From: Eledone cirrhosa
Taxonomy: Eukaryota
NCBI GenBank assembly: GCA_964016885.1
Contig: OZ024757.1
Location: 4,712,001 to 4,776,000, forward strand
Direction: 5' to 3'
DNA length: 64,000 nucleotides
Made by a program: the position numbers and the translations under genes
Part shown: positions 14,681 through 29,092 of the stretch, in pieces
How the letters are laid out: the number at the start of each line of letters is the position of its first letter
Numbering within the stretch: position 1 is the stretch's first letter
Notes under the pieces: model-generated
The model's input: only the letters and a program-made list of their open reading frames with translations
Database searches by the model: none
What the model was told of the DNA's origin: nothing

Positions 14681-14729
14681 TTACTCCGAAGAATCCAAAC
14701 CTCGGTTTGGAGGAAACAGCTGTAAGCAC
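14681..14729 (+). ncRNA. Hammerhead motif, CCGAAGA core variant
   Basis: ttact-CCGAAGA-a-tccaaacc(tc)ggtttgga-g-GAAA-cagctg-TA-agcac; palindromic stem III. Confidence 0.65.
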
Positions 14730-15013
14730 AATAATGTTTTGAACAGTTCTTTGATTCTTATATTTCATATAACTGCTCTGTAAATCATCTGATGTTTTTA
14801 CATTGAGCTACTTAACTTACTGGTAATAAGGTAGTAATACATTACTGCCTACCACTATTTAGGGTTTGTGTAAAATACTTATAACTGCATAAGGTTTTGT
14901 ATTTACATAACCATAAATAGTATAACTAATACTATATATATATATATATATATATATACATACATACATATATATATATATATAAATACATACATATATA
15001 TATACATATATAT

Positions 15014-15279
15014 ATATTTATTAAAATAACAGATTAAAGTTTAAGCAAAGAATCGCTGCTTTCACCCTTAACGGGATCTTCTGAAACTAACAAAGTCAAT
15101 CTGTAAACGCAGAACTGGATATTTCAAAAAACGTTGCAACCGGAGGAAGACAGGAAGATGATACTTTGGTTCATGGTAACGTTCGCTGGCAAATAACGGG
15201 AAAAAACGAATAATACGTCATTAATACATCATTAAAGCGATTCTTTGCTTAAACTTTAATCTGTTATTTTAATAAATAT
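15014..15279. repeat. Small element with perfect 44-bp inverted repeats (15014-15057 and 15236-15279)
   Basis: atatttattaaaataacagattaaagtttaagcaaagaatcgct and its reverse complement. MITE or PLE-end remnant. Confidence 0.75.
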
Positions 15280-15365
15280 TTGCTCTACGGTTCTTATATA
15301 TTTGATATATATTTTCCTTATCGAGCCCTCTTTGGATTTTAGTCTTCAATTTTATTATTATTACT

Positions 15366-17064
<1,699 letters not shown>

Positions 17065-17814
17065 TCATCATCATCATCATCATCAACGTTTAACGTCCGT
17101 GTTCCACGCTTGCATGGGTTTGGACGGGGGTAGTCCCACTTGAGGCAAGAGTGATTGTCTTGCTCGCATAGGACTGTCTGGCAGGTTTTCTACAGTTGGA
17201 TGCCCTTCCTAACACCAACCACATTTACAGTGTGGGTCTGGGAGGTTTTTACCGTGTTGCCTACACGGCCACATTACAGCGTGGACTGTGTGTTTTTTTG
17301 TCGTGACACCTACACGATCTCATTTGTTTCGGCCTCGATGGCGCGGCACCAACATAACTTTACATAGAACGGGGTGGTGTGGATCGGGTGGGGGTGGTGG
17401 TGGTGGGACGGGGTGTATTTTGTTAGAGATGCCTACTGGCTGGAGTAGGTTTTACTATATATTTAGGTAAGGCGGGTCTTCTCTGTTACTGAGTACCGCC
17501 AAAGGTCTCGGTCCAGTGACATTGTCTTGGAGAGGTGTAAGTGTGTGATGTCGGAGTTTATCAGCTCGTCCCAGGTTTTTCTAGGTCTGCCTATTCCGTG
17601 ACTACCGTCTATCTTTATTGCCCTGCACTTTGTTATACAGCTATCGACTTTCATGCGCATCACGTGTCCATACCAACGTAGCCTTCTCTCGAGTAAACAA
17701 CATCTGATCCCTCTTATCTCTAATTTTTTCCTTAGTTCGTTTATGCTTTGCCGTTCACGTATATTACTGTTACACATCCAGCGGAGCATGCAAGCTTCGT
17801 TCCTCTCTAGTCTG
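17065..17814 (-). mobile_element. PHD-RTE subfamily b, 3' 750 bp
   Basis: [14 protein letters not shown]...RLRWYGHV plus 3' UTR and (GAT)n tail; inverted relative to 19303-20040. Confidence 0.93.
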
Positions 17815-17865
17815 TATATATATATATATATATATATACACATACATATATATATATATATATAG

Positions 17866-17928
<63 letters not shown>

Positions 17929-17932
<4 letters not shown>

Positions 17933-20041
17933 GAGAATAAATGGGAGAAAGACAGTCTCCCCCACATCGACCCAATAGAGGGACCAGCAGTGTTAGTCGA
18001 GGGTAGTATAATAAGTAAGGCACTCAAGGGTATGAAGACGGGTAAGGCGGCTGGGCCTTCGGAAATAGTTGCTGAGATGCTGAAGGCATCTGGTTCGGTG
18101 GGACACACCATGGTCACCCGGATAGTTAACCAAGTCGTACAGAATGGGGTTGTTCCGAAGGACTGGCATAGCAGCATCATCGTTAACTGTTATAAGGGTA
18201 AAGGAGATGCCCTAGACAGGAGTAACTATAGAGGCATTAAATTAATCGACCAGGTCATGAAGGTCACGGTAAAAGTAATAGCGCAACTAATCAGAGAGAG
18301 AATTGATCTAGATGAAATGCAGTTCGGGTTTGTGTCAGGCAAAAGTACCACAGACGCTCTTTTCATTGTATGACAACTGCAGGAGAAGTAGCTAGCTAAA
18401 GGTAAACCCCTCTACTTAGCTTTTGTCGACTTGGAGAAAGCCTTCGACAGAGTCCCCCGTTCCATTATCTGGTGGGCCCTTAAAAAGATAGGTGTCCACG
18501 AATGGCTTGTGAGAGCTATACAAGCCATGTATAAAGAAACAGTCAGCAAGGTTAGAATTAACAACGAATATAGTGAAGAGTTTAGCGTAAAAGTTGGCGT
18601 CCATCAGGGCTCTGTTCTCAGCCCCCTACTATTTATTATTGCCCTTCAGGCTATAACAGAGGAGTTCAAGGACCGGCTGCCCATGGGAACTCCTATACGC
18701 AGATGACCTGACACTCATAGCTGAATCAATGGCCGAGCTAGAGAAGAAATTCCAAACATGGAAGCACGGCCTAGAATCAAAAGGCCTTAAAATTAACCTG
18801 GCTAAGACTAAAGTTCTAGTTTGTAGGAAAGAAAATAAGGCGGCGGTCCCTTCCGGGATGTTGGCCATCCTCAGTGTGTAGGAAAGGCGTAGGTAGAAAC
18901 TCCATTTTATGTCCCAAATGCAAAGTATGGGTGCATAAAAGATGTAGTGGGATCACAGGTAAGCTAACTAAGAACTTAGATTTTACATGTGGGCGGTGTT
19001 CTGGTGCAATAAGTAGCAGCGAGTGCCCACAAAATACTAGCTCTTACAACTGCGCAGAGGGCTCTATAGAAATAGTGGACAGCTTCCGTTACCTGGGTGA
19101 CAAAATCAGCAGTGGGGGAGGGTGCTCTGAAAGTACAGTAGCTAGAGTCAGAACTGGATGGAAAAAGTTCAGAGAGCTTATACCACTATTAGCCGCTAGA
19201 GGGTTCTCCCTAAAAATGAAATGCAGGTTGTATGATGCCTGCATACGAACAGCAATGTTGCATGGCAGTGAGACCTGGGCATTGTGTGCAGAGGATATAC
19301 GCAGACTAGAGAGGAACGAAGCTTGCATGCTCCGCTGGATGTGTAATAGTAATATACGTGAACGGCAAAGCATAAACGAACTAAGGAAAAAAATTAGAAA
19401 TAAGAAGGATCAGATGCTGTTTACTCGAGAGAAGGCTACGTTGGTACGGACACGTGATGCGCATGAAAGTCGATAGCCGTATAACAAAGTGCAGGGCAAT
19501 AAAGATAGCGGTAGCCACGGAATAGGCAGACTTAGAAAATCCTGGACGAGCTGATAAACTCCGACCTCACACACTTACACCTCTCCAAGACAATGTCACT
19601 GGACCGAGACCTTTGGCGGTACTCAGTAATAGAGAAGACCCGCCTTACCTAAATACATAGTAAAACCTACTACAGCCAGTAGGCATCTCTAACAAAATGC
19701 ACCCCCGTCCCACCACCCCCACCACATCCACACCACCCCCTCCTATGTAAAGTTATGTTGGTGCCACACCATCCAGGCCGAAACAAATGAGATCGTGTAG
19801 GTGTCACGACAAAAAAAACACACAGTCCACGCTGTAATGTGGCCGTGTAGGCAACACGGTAAAAACCTCCCAGACCCACACTGTAAATGTGGTTGGTGTT
19901 AGGAAGGGCATCCAACTGTAGAAAACCTGCCAGACATTCCTATGCGAGCAAGACAATCACTCTTGCCCCAAGTGGGAATACCCTCGTCCAAACCCATGCA
20001 AGCGTGGAACACGGACGTTAAAAGTTGATGATGATGATGAT
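17929..20041 (+). mobile_element. PHD-RTE subfamily b, 5'-truncated, with stops and frameshifts
   Basis: RT motifs and C4HC3 insert; TGA 18371 and TAG 18388; (GAT)n tail. Confidence 0.95.
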
Positions 20042-20043
20042 AC

Positions 20044-20106
<63 letters not shown>

Positions 20107-20117
20107 CATATATATAC

Positions 20118-20160
<43 letters not shown>

Positions 20161-20272
20161 CATAAATATATATACATATATATATATATACATACATAAA
20201 TATATATACATATATATATACATATATATATATACATATATATATATATACATATATATATATACATATATA

Positions 20273-22212
20273 CAACATAATGTCCCTCATCAACAATCAG
20301 AGAAGAGCTGAAGAGGCCTGGGCCATTGAGAAGATCAAACTCAATCCCAAAGTGTTCTTTTCATTTGCAAAAAAACACAAAATCACTGGCTCTACTGTTG
20401 GCCCTCTAATTGATGAAAATGGCACTCTTCAAGACAATGCTAAAACCATGGGTGAGATACTGCAGAAACAATACTGCTCTGTTTTCAGCAATCCTGATAT
20501 GGCCGATCTGGGCTGTATCGGCGATGTTACTCCCCATTACACCTTATCGGACATAACGTTTGGCGCCCCTGATGTCTTGGCGGCAATAAAGGAAATCAAG
20601 CATAATTCGGCAGTAGGTCCCGATAGGTTCCCTGCTTGTGTCTTGAAGGCGTGTCAACACCAACTTGCATCTCCTCTTGCCAATCTGTGGCGGAACTCAC
20701 TGGATGCTGGATATGTGCCAGAAAACCTTCTATCCCAGTCTGTTGTCCCAGTTTTCAAAAAGGGAAACAAATCCCTTGCCGTGAATTACCGTCCAATCTC
20801 ACTCACCTCTCATATCATTAAGGTATTTGAGAGAGTGGTGAGATCGCGAATGACCCACTTCCTTGAGAGTAACAATATGCTGAACTCCAACCAGCATGGA
20901 TTCCGTAATGGAAGGGATTGCCTGACGCAGCTACTGCATCACTTTGATGACATTTTGAGAGCCTTGGGAGAGGGTTCCAACACTGATGTTATCTACCTTG
21001 ATTTCAGCAAGGCCTTTGACAGGGTTGATCATAACATTCTACTGAGAAAGCTGTCCAATATTGGTGTCACTGGAAAGCTGCTGCAGTGGATCAAGAGCTT
21101 CTTGTCAAACAGAACCCAACATGTTGTAGTTGAGGGAGTCAAATCAAGCCCAGCCAAAGTCAGTAGTGGGGTCCCACAAGGCACTGTGTTGGGCCCACTT
21201 CTCTTCATCATCTATATTAATGACATCACTGACATCATCAAACACAGCAACATTAAAATTTTCGCTGATGATTCCAAGCTCCAAAAAGTCATCAATGGCG
21301 TGGATGACCGGATAAGCCTTCAGTCAGACCTACTGGCTGTTACCCAATGGGCAGAAAAGAACAACATGTTACTGAACGAAGACAAATTCGAACTGATCCA
21401 CTTTGGAAAAGAGGATGCTCTGAAACTCCCGTACTCCCATCCCTCCGGGGAAACTCTCGTGGCATCTAACAACATCAGAGACTTGGGAGTAACCGTGGAC
21501 AGCAACATAAGCTGGACCACGCATATAAGCAGCAAAGTTGACATGGCCCGCAGAATGTGTTCCTGGATCCTCAGAACCTTCCAGTCGAGAGATTCCCGCA
21601 CCATTATCCTTCTCTTCTCTACTTTTGCCCGACCACACCTTGAATACTGTTGTCCACTGTGGTCTCCCCACACGAAACAAAGTATCATGAAACTTGAAGC
21701 TCCTCAAAGGGCAATCACGAAAAAGATAGATGGCATGTCAGACCTCGACTACTGGGGTCGATTAGAAAACCTGAAACTTTACTCACTCCAACGTCGCCGT
21801 GAGCGTTATATTATCTGCATGATGTGGAAAATGTTCCATCATCACTGCCCAAATGATGTTGGCATCGCCTTCAAGATACACCCAAGGCTTGGGCCCCGTG
21901 CTATCCGTCCCATTCAAAAATCTAAATCGCAACTCATAACAACAATACGGCACAATTATTTCACCTCAATCGGCCCTGCTCTCTTCAACATCACACCAGG
22001 ACACGTCAAAACAGAAACTGACCACACAAAATTCAAGAAGTCTTTGGACAAATTCCTCCAAGTAATCCCGGACAAACCACCCACACCCGGATATGTCTCC
22101 GCAAACAGTAATTCTCTTCTCGAATGGGCCATGGTGCCCAAATCCTGAATTGAAAGACTTCGCCAGGTGGTGCTATTAAGTTAGACATGGCCTGGGCCAA
22201 TACTGGCCAAAA
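20273..22212 (+). mobile_element. CR1-group LINE, 5'-truncated, uninterrupted 622-codon ORF2 part
   Basis: NYRPISLTS, YLDFSKAFDRV, SGVPQGTVLGP, FADD, RPHLEYC..WSP; tail ttcaaagttattcaaagtta. Confidence 0.93.
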
Positions 22213-22315
22213 CATTTCAAAGTTATTCAAAGTTATATATATACATATATATACACACATATATATACACATACATACATATATATATATATACACATAT
22301 ATATACACATACATG

Positions 22316-22361
<46 letters not shown>

Positions 22362-22439
22362 TATATATATACATATATATACACATACATACATATATAT
22401 ATACACATATATATATACATATATATACACATACATACA

Positions 22440-22486
<47 letters not shown>

Positions 22487-22632
22487 ACATATATATATAT
22501 ATATACATATACACATGCATATATACATATATATATATACACATACATACATATATATATACATATATATATACATATATATATATACACATACATACAT
22601 ATATATACACATACATATATATATACACATAC

Positions 22633-22665
<33 letters not shown>

Positions 22666-22670
22666 GATAC

Positions 22671-22701
<31 letters not shown>

Positions 22702-22875
22702 CACATACATATATATATACACATACATATATACATATACATATATATACATATATACATACACATATATATACATATATACATATACACATACCTATAT
22801 ATATATATATATACATATACACATACATATATATATATATATATACATATATACATATATATACATACATATACA

Positions 22876-25800
22876 CTACCTCCCAAATAACCGACAGTGA
22901 CTATATAATTATTGTAGGCGACCTAAATGGTCACGTTGGACAACATTGTGACGGCTACGACGAAATCCATGGAGGCTATGGGTTTGGTACTAGAAATGAC
23001 GAAGGCTCCAGAATCCTGGAATTGTGTGACGCAAATAACCTAACTAACTGTAACAGTAACTTCAAAAAACGTGACAATCACCTGATCACCTATAGATCGG
23101 GGGAACACACAAGCCAGGTAGATTATATCCTTACCAGAAGACGTGACAGTGTGACTGTTGTAGACACTAAATCCCTCCCCCATGAAGAATGCACCTCCCA
23201 ACATAGACTGATAATTAGCGACCTAATAGTCGGAACGAGACGTACTAGACAACAGAAGAGGACTATCCTCAGCAGAAAAATATGGAAGCTAAAGGATCCC
23301 ACAGCCAGAAATAAATTCAAAAGTATACTACTTGATGCTTTCGACAGTAAGGAAGAGCAATTAGAGTCGTACAATATAGAGGAGCAGTGGGAATTCCTGA
23401 AAGCAAACCTGCTGATGGCGGCAGACGAAGTCTAAGGCTGGAGCAGGCCTGTAGGCAGGAGGAAAGTAACATGGTGTTGGAACAGTAAGGTGGAGCGGTC
23501 AATTAAGGCCAAAAAGCAGGCTTGGAAAATATGGCGGGATGGGGAAAGCAGAGAAGACTATCAAGTGGCCAGGAGGGAAGCTAGGAGACAAGTGTACTTC
23601 GCAAGAAGGGAAGCAGAGGAAAGAAAGTTCAAGCATGTTCTACAACGCGAGGACCAAAAACGTGAGGTGTTCAGGATTGCTAGGCAATGTGTCAAGGAAA
23701 ACCGTGATATTGTCGGGGAGAAGTGTGTACTTAATGATGACGGCGTACTTGCCATCACCGACGCTGATAAGAAGGTAGCTTGGAAGTGTCACTATGAAAG
23801 GCTACTAAATGAGGAGTATAAATGGGAGAAAGACAGTCTCCCCCACATCGACCCAATAGAGGGACCAGTAGTGTTAGTCGAGGGTAGTATAATAAGTAAG
23901 GCAATCAAAGATATGAAGACGGGTAAGGCGGCTGGGCCTTCGGAAATAGTTGCCGAGATGCTGAAGGCATCTGGTACGGTGGGACACACCATAGTCACCC
24001 GGATAGTTAACCAAGTCATACAGAATGGGGTTGTTCCGAAGGACTGGCGTAGCAGCATCATCGTTAACTGTTATAAGGGTAAAGGAGATGCCCTAGATAG
24101 GAGTAACTATAGAGGCATTAAATTAATCGATCAGGTCATGAAGGTCACGGAAAAAGTAATAGCGCAACTAATCAGAGAGAGAATTGATCTAGATGAAATG
24201 CAGTTCGGGTTTGTGTCAGGCAAAAGTACCACAGACGCTCTTTTCATTGTATGACAACTGCAGGAGAAGTAGCTAGCTAAAGGTAAACCCCTCTACTTAG
24301 CTTTTGTCGACTTGGAGAAAGCCTTCGACAGAGTCCCCCGTTCCATTATCTGGTGGGCCCTTAAAAAGATAGGTGTCCACGAATGGCTTGTGAGAGCTAT
24401 ACAAGCCATGTATAAAGAAACAGTCAGCAAGGTTAGAATTAACAACGAATATAGTGAAGAGTTTAGCGTAAAAGTTGGCGTCCATCAGGGCTCTGTTCTC
24501 AGCCCCCTACTATTTATTATTGCGCTTCAGGTTATAACAGAGGAGTTCAAGACCGGTTGCCCATGGGAACTCATATACGCAGATGACCTAACACTCATAG
24601 CTGAATCAATGGCCGAGCTAGAGAAGAAATTCCAAACATGGAAGCACGGTCTAGAATCAAAAGGCCTTAAAATTAACCTGGCTAAGACTAAAGTTCTAGT
24701 TTGTAAGAAAGAAAATAAGGCGGCGGTCCCTTCCGGGAAGTGGCCATGCTCAGTGTGTAGGAAAGGCGTAGGTAGAAACTCCATTTTGTGTCCCAAATGC
24801 AAAGTATGGGTGCATAAAAGATGTAGTGGGATCACAGGTAAGCTAACTAAGAACATAGATTTTACATGTGGCCGGTGCTCTGGTGCAATAAGTAGCAGCA
24901 AGTGCCCACAAAATACTAGCTCTTTCAACTGCGCAGAGGGTTCTATAGAAATAGTGGACAGCTTCCGTTACCTGGTTGACAAAATCAGCAGTGGGGGAGG
25001 GTTCTCTGAAAGTACAGTAGCTAGAGTCAGAACTGGATGGAAAAAGTTCAGAGAGCTTATACCACTATTAGCCGCTAAAGGGTTCTCCCTAAAAATGAAA
25101 GGCAGGTTGTATGATGCCTGCATACGAACAGCAATGTTGCATGGCAGTGAGACCTGGGCATTGTGTGCAGAGGATATACGCAGACTAGAGAGGAACGAAG
25201 CTTGCATGCTCCGCTGGATGTGTAATAGTAATATACATGAACGGCAAAGCATAAACGAACTAAGGAAAAAATTAGAAATTAGAGGGATCAGATGTTGTTT
25301 ACTCGAGAGAAGGCTACGTTGGTATGGTCACGTGATGCGCATGAAAGACGATAGCTGTATAACAAAGTGCAGGGCAATAAAGATAGACGGTAGCCACGGA
25401 ATAGGCAGACCCAGAAAAACCTGGGACGAGCTGATAAATTCCGACCTCACACACTTACACCTCTCCAAGACAATGTCACTGGACCGAGACCTTTGGCGCT
25501 ACTCAGTAATAGAGAAGACCCGCCTTACCTAAATACAAAGTAAAACCTACTACAGTCAGTAGGCATCTCTAACAAAATACAACCCCGTCCCACCACCCCC
25601 ACCCCATCCACACTGCCCCTTTCAATGTAAAGTTATGTTGGAGCCACAACATCCAGACCGAAACAAATGAGATCGTGTAGGTGTCACGACAAAAAAACAC
25701 ACAGTTCACGCTGTAATGTGGCCGTGTAGGCAACACGGTAAAAACCTCCCAGCCCCACACTGTAAATGTGGTTGGTGTTAGGAAGAGCATCCAGCTGTAG

Positions 25801-25898
25801 AAAACCCGCCAGATAGTCCTATGCGAGCAAGATAATCACTCTTGCCTCAAGTGGGAAAACCCCCGTCCAAACGTCGATGATGATGATGATGATGATGA
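22876..25898 (+). mobile_element. PHD-RTE subfamily b, APE (partial) plus RT, several stops
   Basis: [22 protein letters not shown] motifs and C4HC3 insert; stops at 23433, 24252 and 24269. Confidence 0.95.
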
Positions 25899-25988
<90 letters not shown>

Positions 25989-26222
25989 TATACACATACA
26001 TACATATATATATATACATATATATACACATACATACATACATATATTATATATACACATACATACATACATATATATTTATATATACACATATATATAT
26101 ACACATATATATACACATACATACATACATATATATACACATATATATATACACATATATATACACATACACACATACATACACATATATATATACACAT
26201 ATATATATACACATATATATAC

Positions 26223-26253
<31 letters not shown>

Positions 26254-26499
26254 CATATATATACACATACATACATATATACACATATATATATATATAC
26301 ATATATATACACATACATACATATATATATATACATATATATATACACATACTTACATATATATATATACATATACACATACATACATAGATATATATAT
26401 ATATATATACATATACACATACATATATATATATATATATATACACATATATATATATATATATACACATACATACATATATATATATATATTTACACA

Positions 26500-28765
26500 T
26501 GATTGTCGGCTACTGGTACAAAAAACTGATATTCTATTGGAGGTATCTTACTGACCTCTACCAACAAGTTCTTAAGGGAGATACACTTATACCAGAATGG
26601 TTGACATTAGCACAAACATTACTGGTCCCCAAGAACAAAGACACCCACTTGGCAAAAAACTACCGGCCCATTGCATGCCAGAATCTGATGTATAAGATGT
26701 ATACAGCCTGCCTGAACCTATTCCTCCAAGATCACTGTGAAAATAATAACATCATTACAGATGAACAAGCAGCTGGAAAGAAAGGGGTTTGGGGATGTGC
26801 TGAACAACTAATCAACAAAACTGCGATGTCGGAGTTGCGACAACTCAGGAGGAATATGGCTACAGTCTGGCTGGACTACAGGAAAACTTTTGATTCTGTT
26901 CCCCACTCTTGGATGATAGAGGCCCTCCAACTTGCTAAAGTCCCAGACATTATTGTCAGAGCCATAGAGAGGCTGTCTTCTTCTTGGGCTACTATCCTAA
27001 GGTTAAAGACAGAGAGGGAGGACTCTATTTTAACTGATAAAATAAAATATTGCAGGGGTATATTTCAGGGGGACAGTTTCTCTGTGATATTATTCATCTT
27101 GTCATTAAACCCCTTGTCCTTTCTGCTCAAGAAATGTGAGGGATACATCATTAGCTCACAGGAGGACAGAAATACGAACCTAACCCATAATTTCTTTGTG
27201 GACGATCTGAAACTCTATTCCAAGAACATGGATGGGATGAAGAAAAATCTTGACCTGGTTACAACGTTCTCAAAGGATATAGGAATGGAGTTTGGCCAAG
27301 ATAAATGCTCATACATGACTGTAAAGCGGGGAAAAACAACAACCCAATCTAGCAACATTGTCATCAATGGCCTAACTGTTTCACCGATATCTGATGAGGA
27401 CTGCTACAGATACCTGGGGATAGATGAGAACATATCCTAATGGTATCTGTAATAAAGAACGCGTAACCAGGGAATACTACACCCGATTAAGAAAGATCTG
27501 GTCATCGTAACTCTCTGCGCAAAACAAAACAGTGGCTCACAATGTGTTTGCTGTGCCTGTCCTAACACCAACGTTTGGAATACTCAATTGGACGATAGAC
27601 GAAATCCGAGCAGTTGCTGTTGGAACTCGAAAAATACTGAACAACACCGGAAACTTCCACATCAACAGTGACATAGACCGCCTTTACTTGAAAAGTAAGC
27701 AGGGAGGCAGAGGCCTAACATCAGTCCAGACAACATTTGAATGTCGCATCATATCTCTCCGACAACATCTACGAACCTTGAAGCGTAGGAGCCCGTTTCT
27801 CGAGCAAGTCTATCTGCATGAAACAGTTAAGATCATGAGAGTTGGGAAGGAACTCCTTGACAGATATTCCCTGTGTGATAATCAAAAACTCACACCCAGG
27901 GATGTCGCTCAGCAGTATCGCAGTGAATCCGTGGATGAAAAACTGCATGCCTATCAGCAAAAAATCATGCATGGATATGTTGCCAGGAAGCTCCAGAGTG
28001 AGAGTAATATAGATAAGGAAAGTAGTCTATCTTGGACCAACAACCGCTATATTGGCTCCCACTTTGAAGGATACGCTTTTGCAATCCAGGAATAGGAGAT
28101 TAGCACAAAATACCTGATTCACAAAAGAGATAGGGATGCAGGCAAAACACCTAGATGATATAACAAGTGCAGACTCTGCAGAACTAACATCGAGGATATC
28201 ACCCATGTCATCAGCAGCTGTCCAAAGATGTCATTGTGGTACTATCTACCTATGAGGCATGATGTAGTGGCCAAAACACTGTACAATGCAGTTCGTAAAA
28301 AAGATAGCCCTGATAAAAAAACCCATTAAAAGCTACAGCAATGTGGAAGACATCCATGTACATAATATGAAAGAGGACTGGTGGAATGTTCCAGTAAAAA
28401 CCCCAATAAAATGCAGGCATAACAGATCAGATATTATGATATGGGACAGGGAGAAGAAAGCATGCACAGTAGTGGAAATTAGCTGCCCAGCAGATGCCAA
28501 TATAATATCAAAGATTAGTGGAAATGAGAACATTTATGCAGAACTGATGAGAAATTTGCAGATACTCCACTCTGATTACACCTTCAGATTTATGCCTGTG
28601 ATTATTGGGGCACTGGGATATGTTAGTAACTGCCTCAATACAAATCTTGAGAAGCTAGGCTTCACAGGAACAGAAAGAACACAACTAGTTAGGAAATTAC
28701 AAGTACAATCCATTAAAGGAACAGTAAAAATATGTAAGACATTCCAAAATGTTTGCATCTAATAA
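26500..28765 (+). mobile_element. R4/Dong-like LINE with restriction-like endonuclease, 5'-truncated and degenerate
   Basis: NYRPIAC, WLDYRKTFDSVPH, RGIFQGDS, FVDDLKL, GGRGL, CRLC..EDITHVISSC, RHD and RSDI...VEISCP (PD-(D/E)xK type). Confidence 0.88.
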
Positions 28766-29092
28766 CTGTATATACACATATACAGATGCAAAGCATATAC
28801 ACATGCACACATACAACTCAAAACATACACATCCACACATACAATAACATCCATATCTACACATGCAGACATGCATATATATCTACCTAGTTGATGTGTA
28901 AATTCCAATTCTATGTTAGAAACCAACTCTCTCTCTCTATTGGTAAAACTTTGTAAAACCAGAAGAACATACATATATACATACATATATATATATACAC
29001 ATACATACATATATATATATATATATACACATACATACATATATATATACACATACATACATATATATATATACACATATACACATACAAAT

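Larger units (their letters stand above)
11871..14771 (-). mobile_element. Penelope-like element (Naiad-type), 5'-truncated, with inverted pseudo-LTR (arms 11871-12034 and 14608-14771)
   Basis: ORF from about 14606 to 13383 with FNPPF, a CxCx5C linker (CNCRANRTC) and GIY-YIG (IIYSC...YVGST). One in-frame TAA at 13708. Confidence 0.9.
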
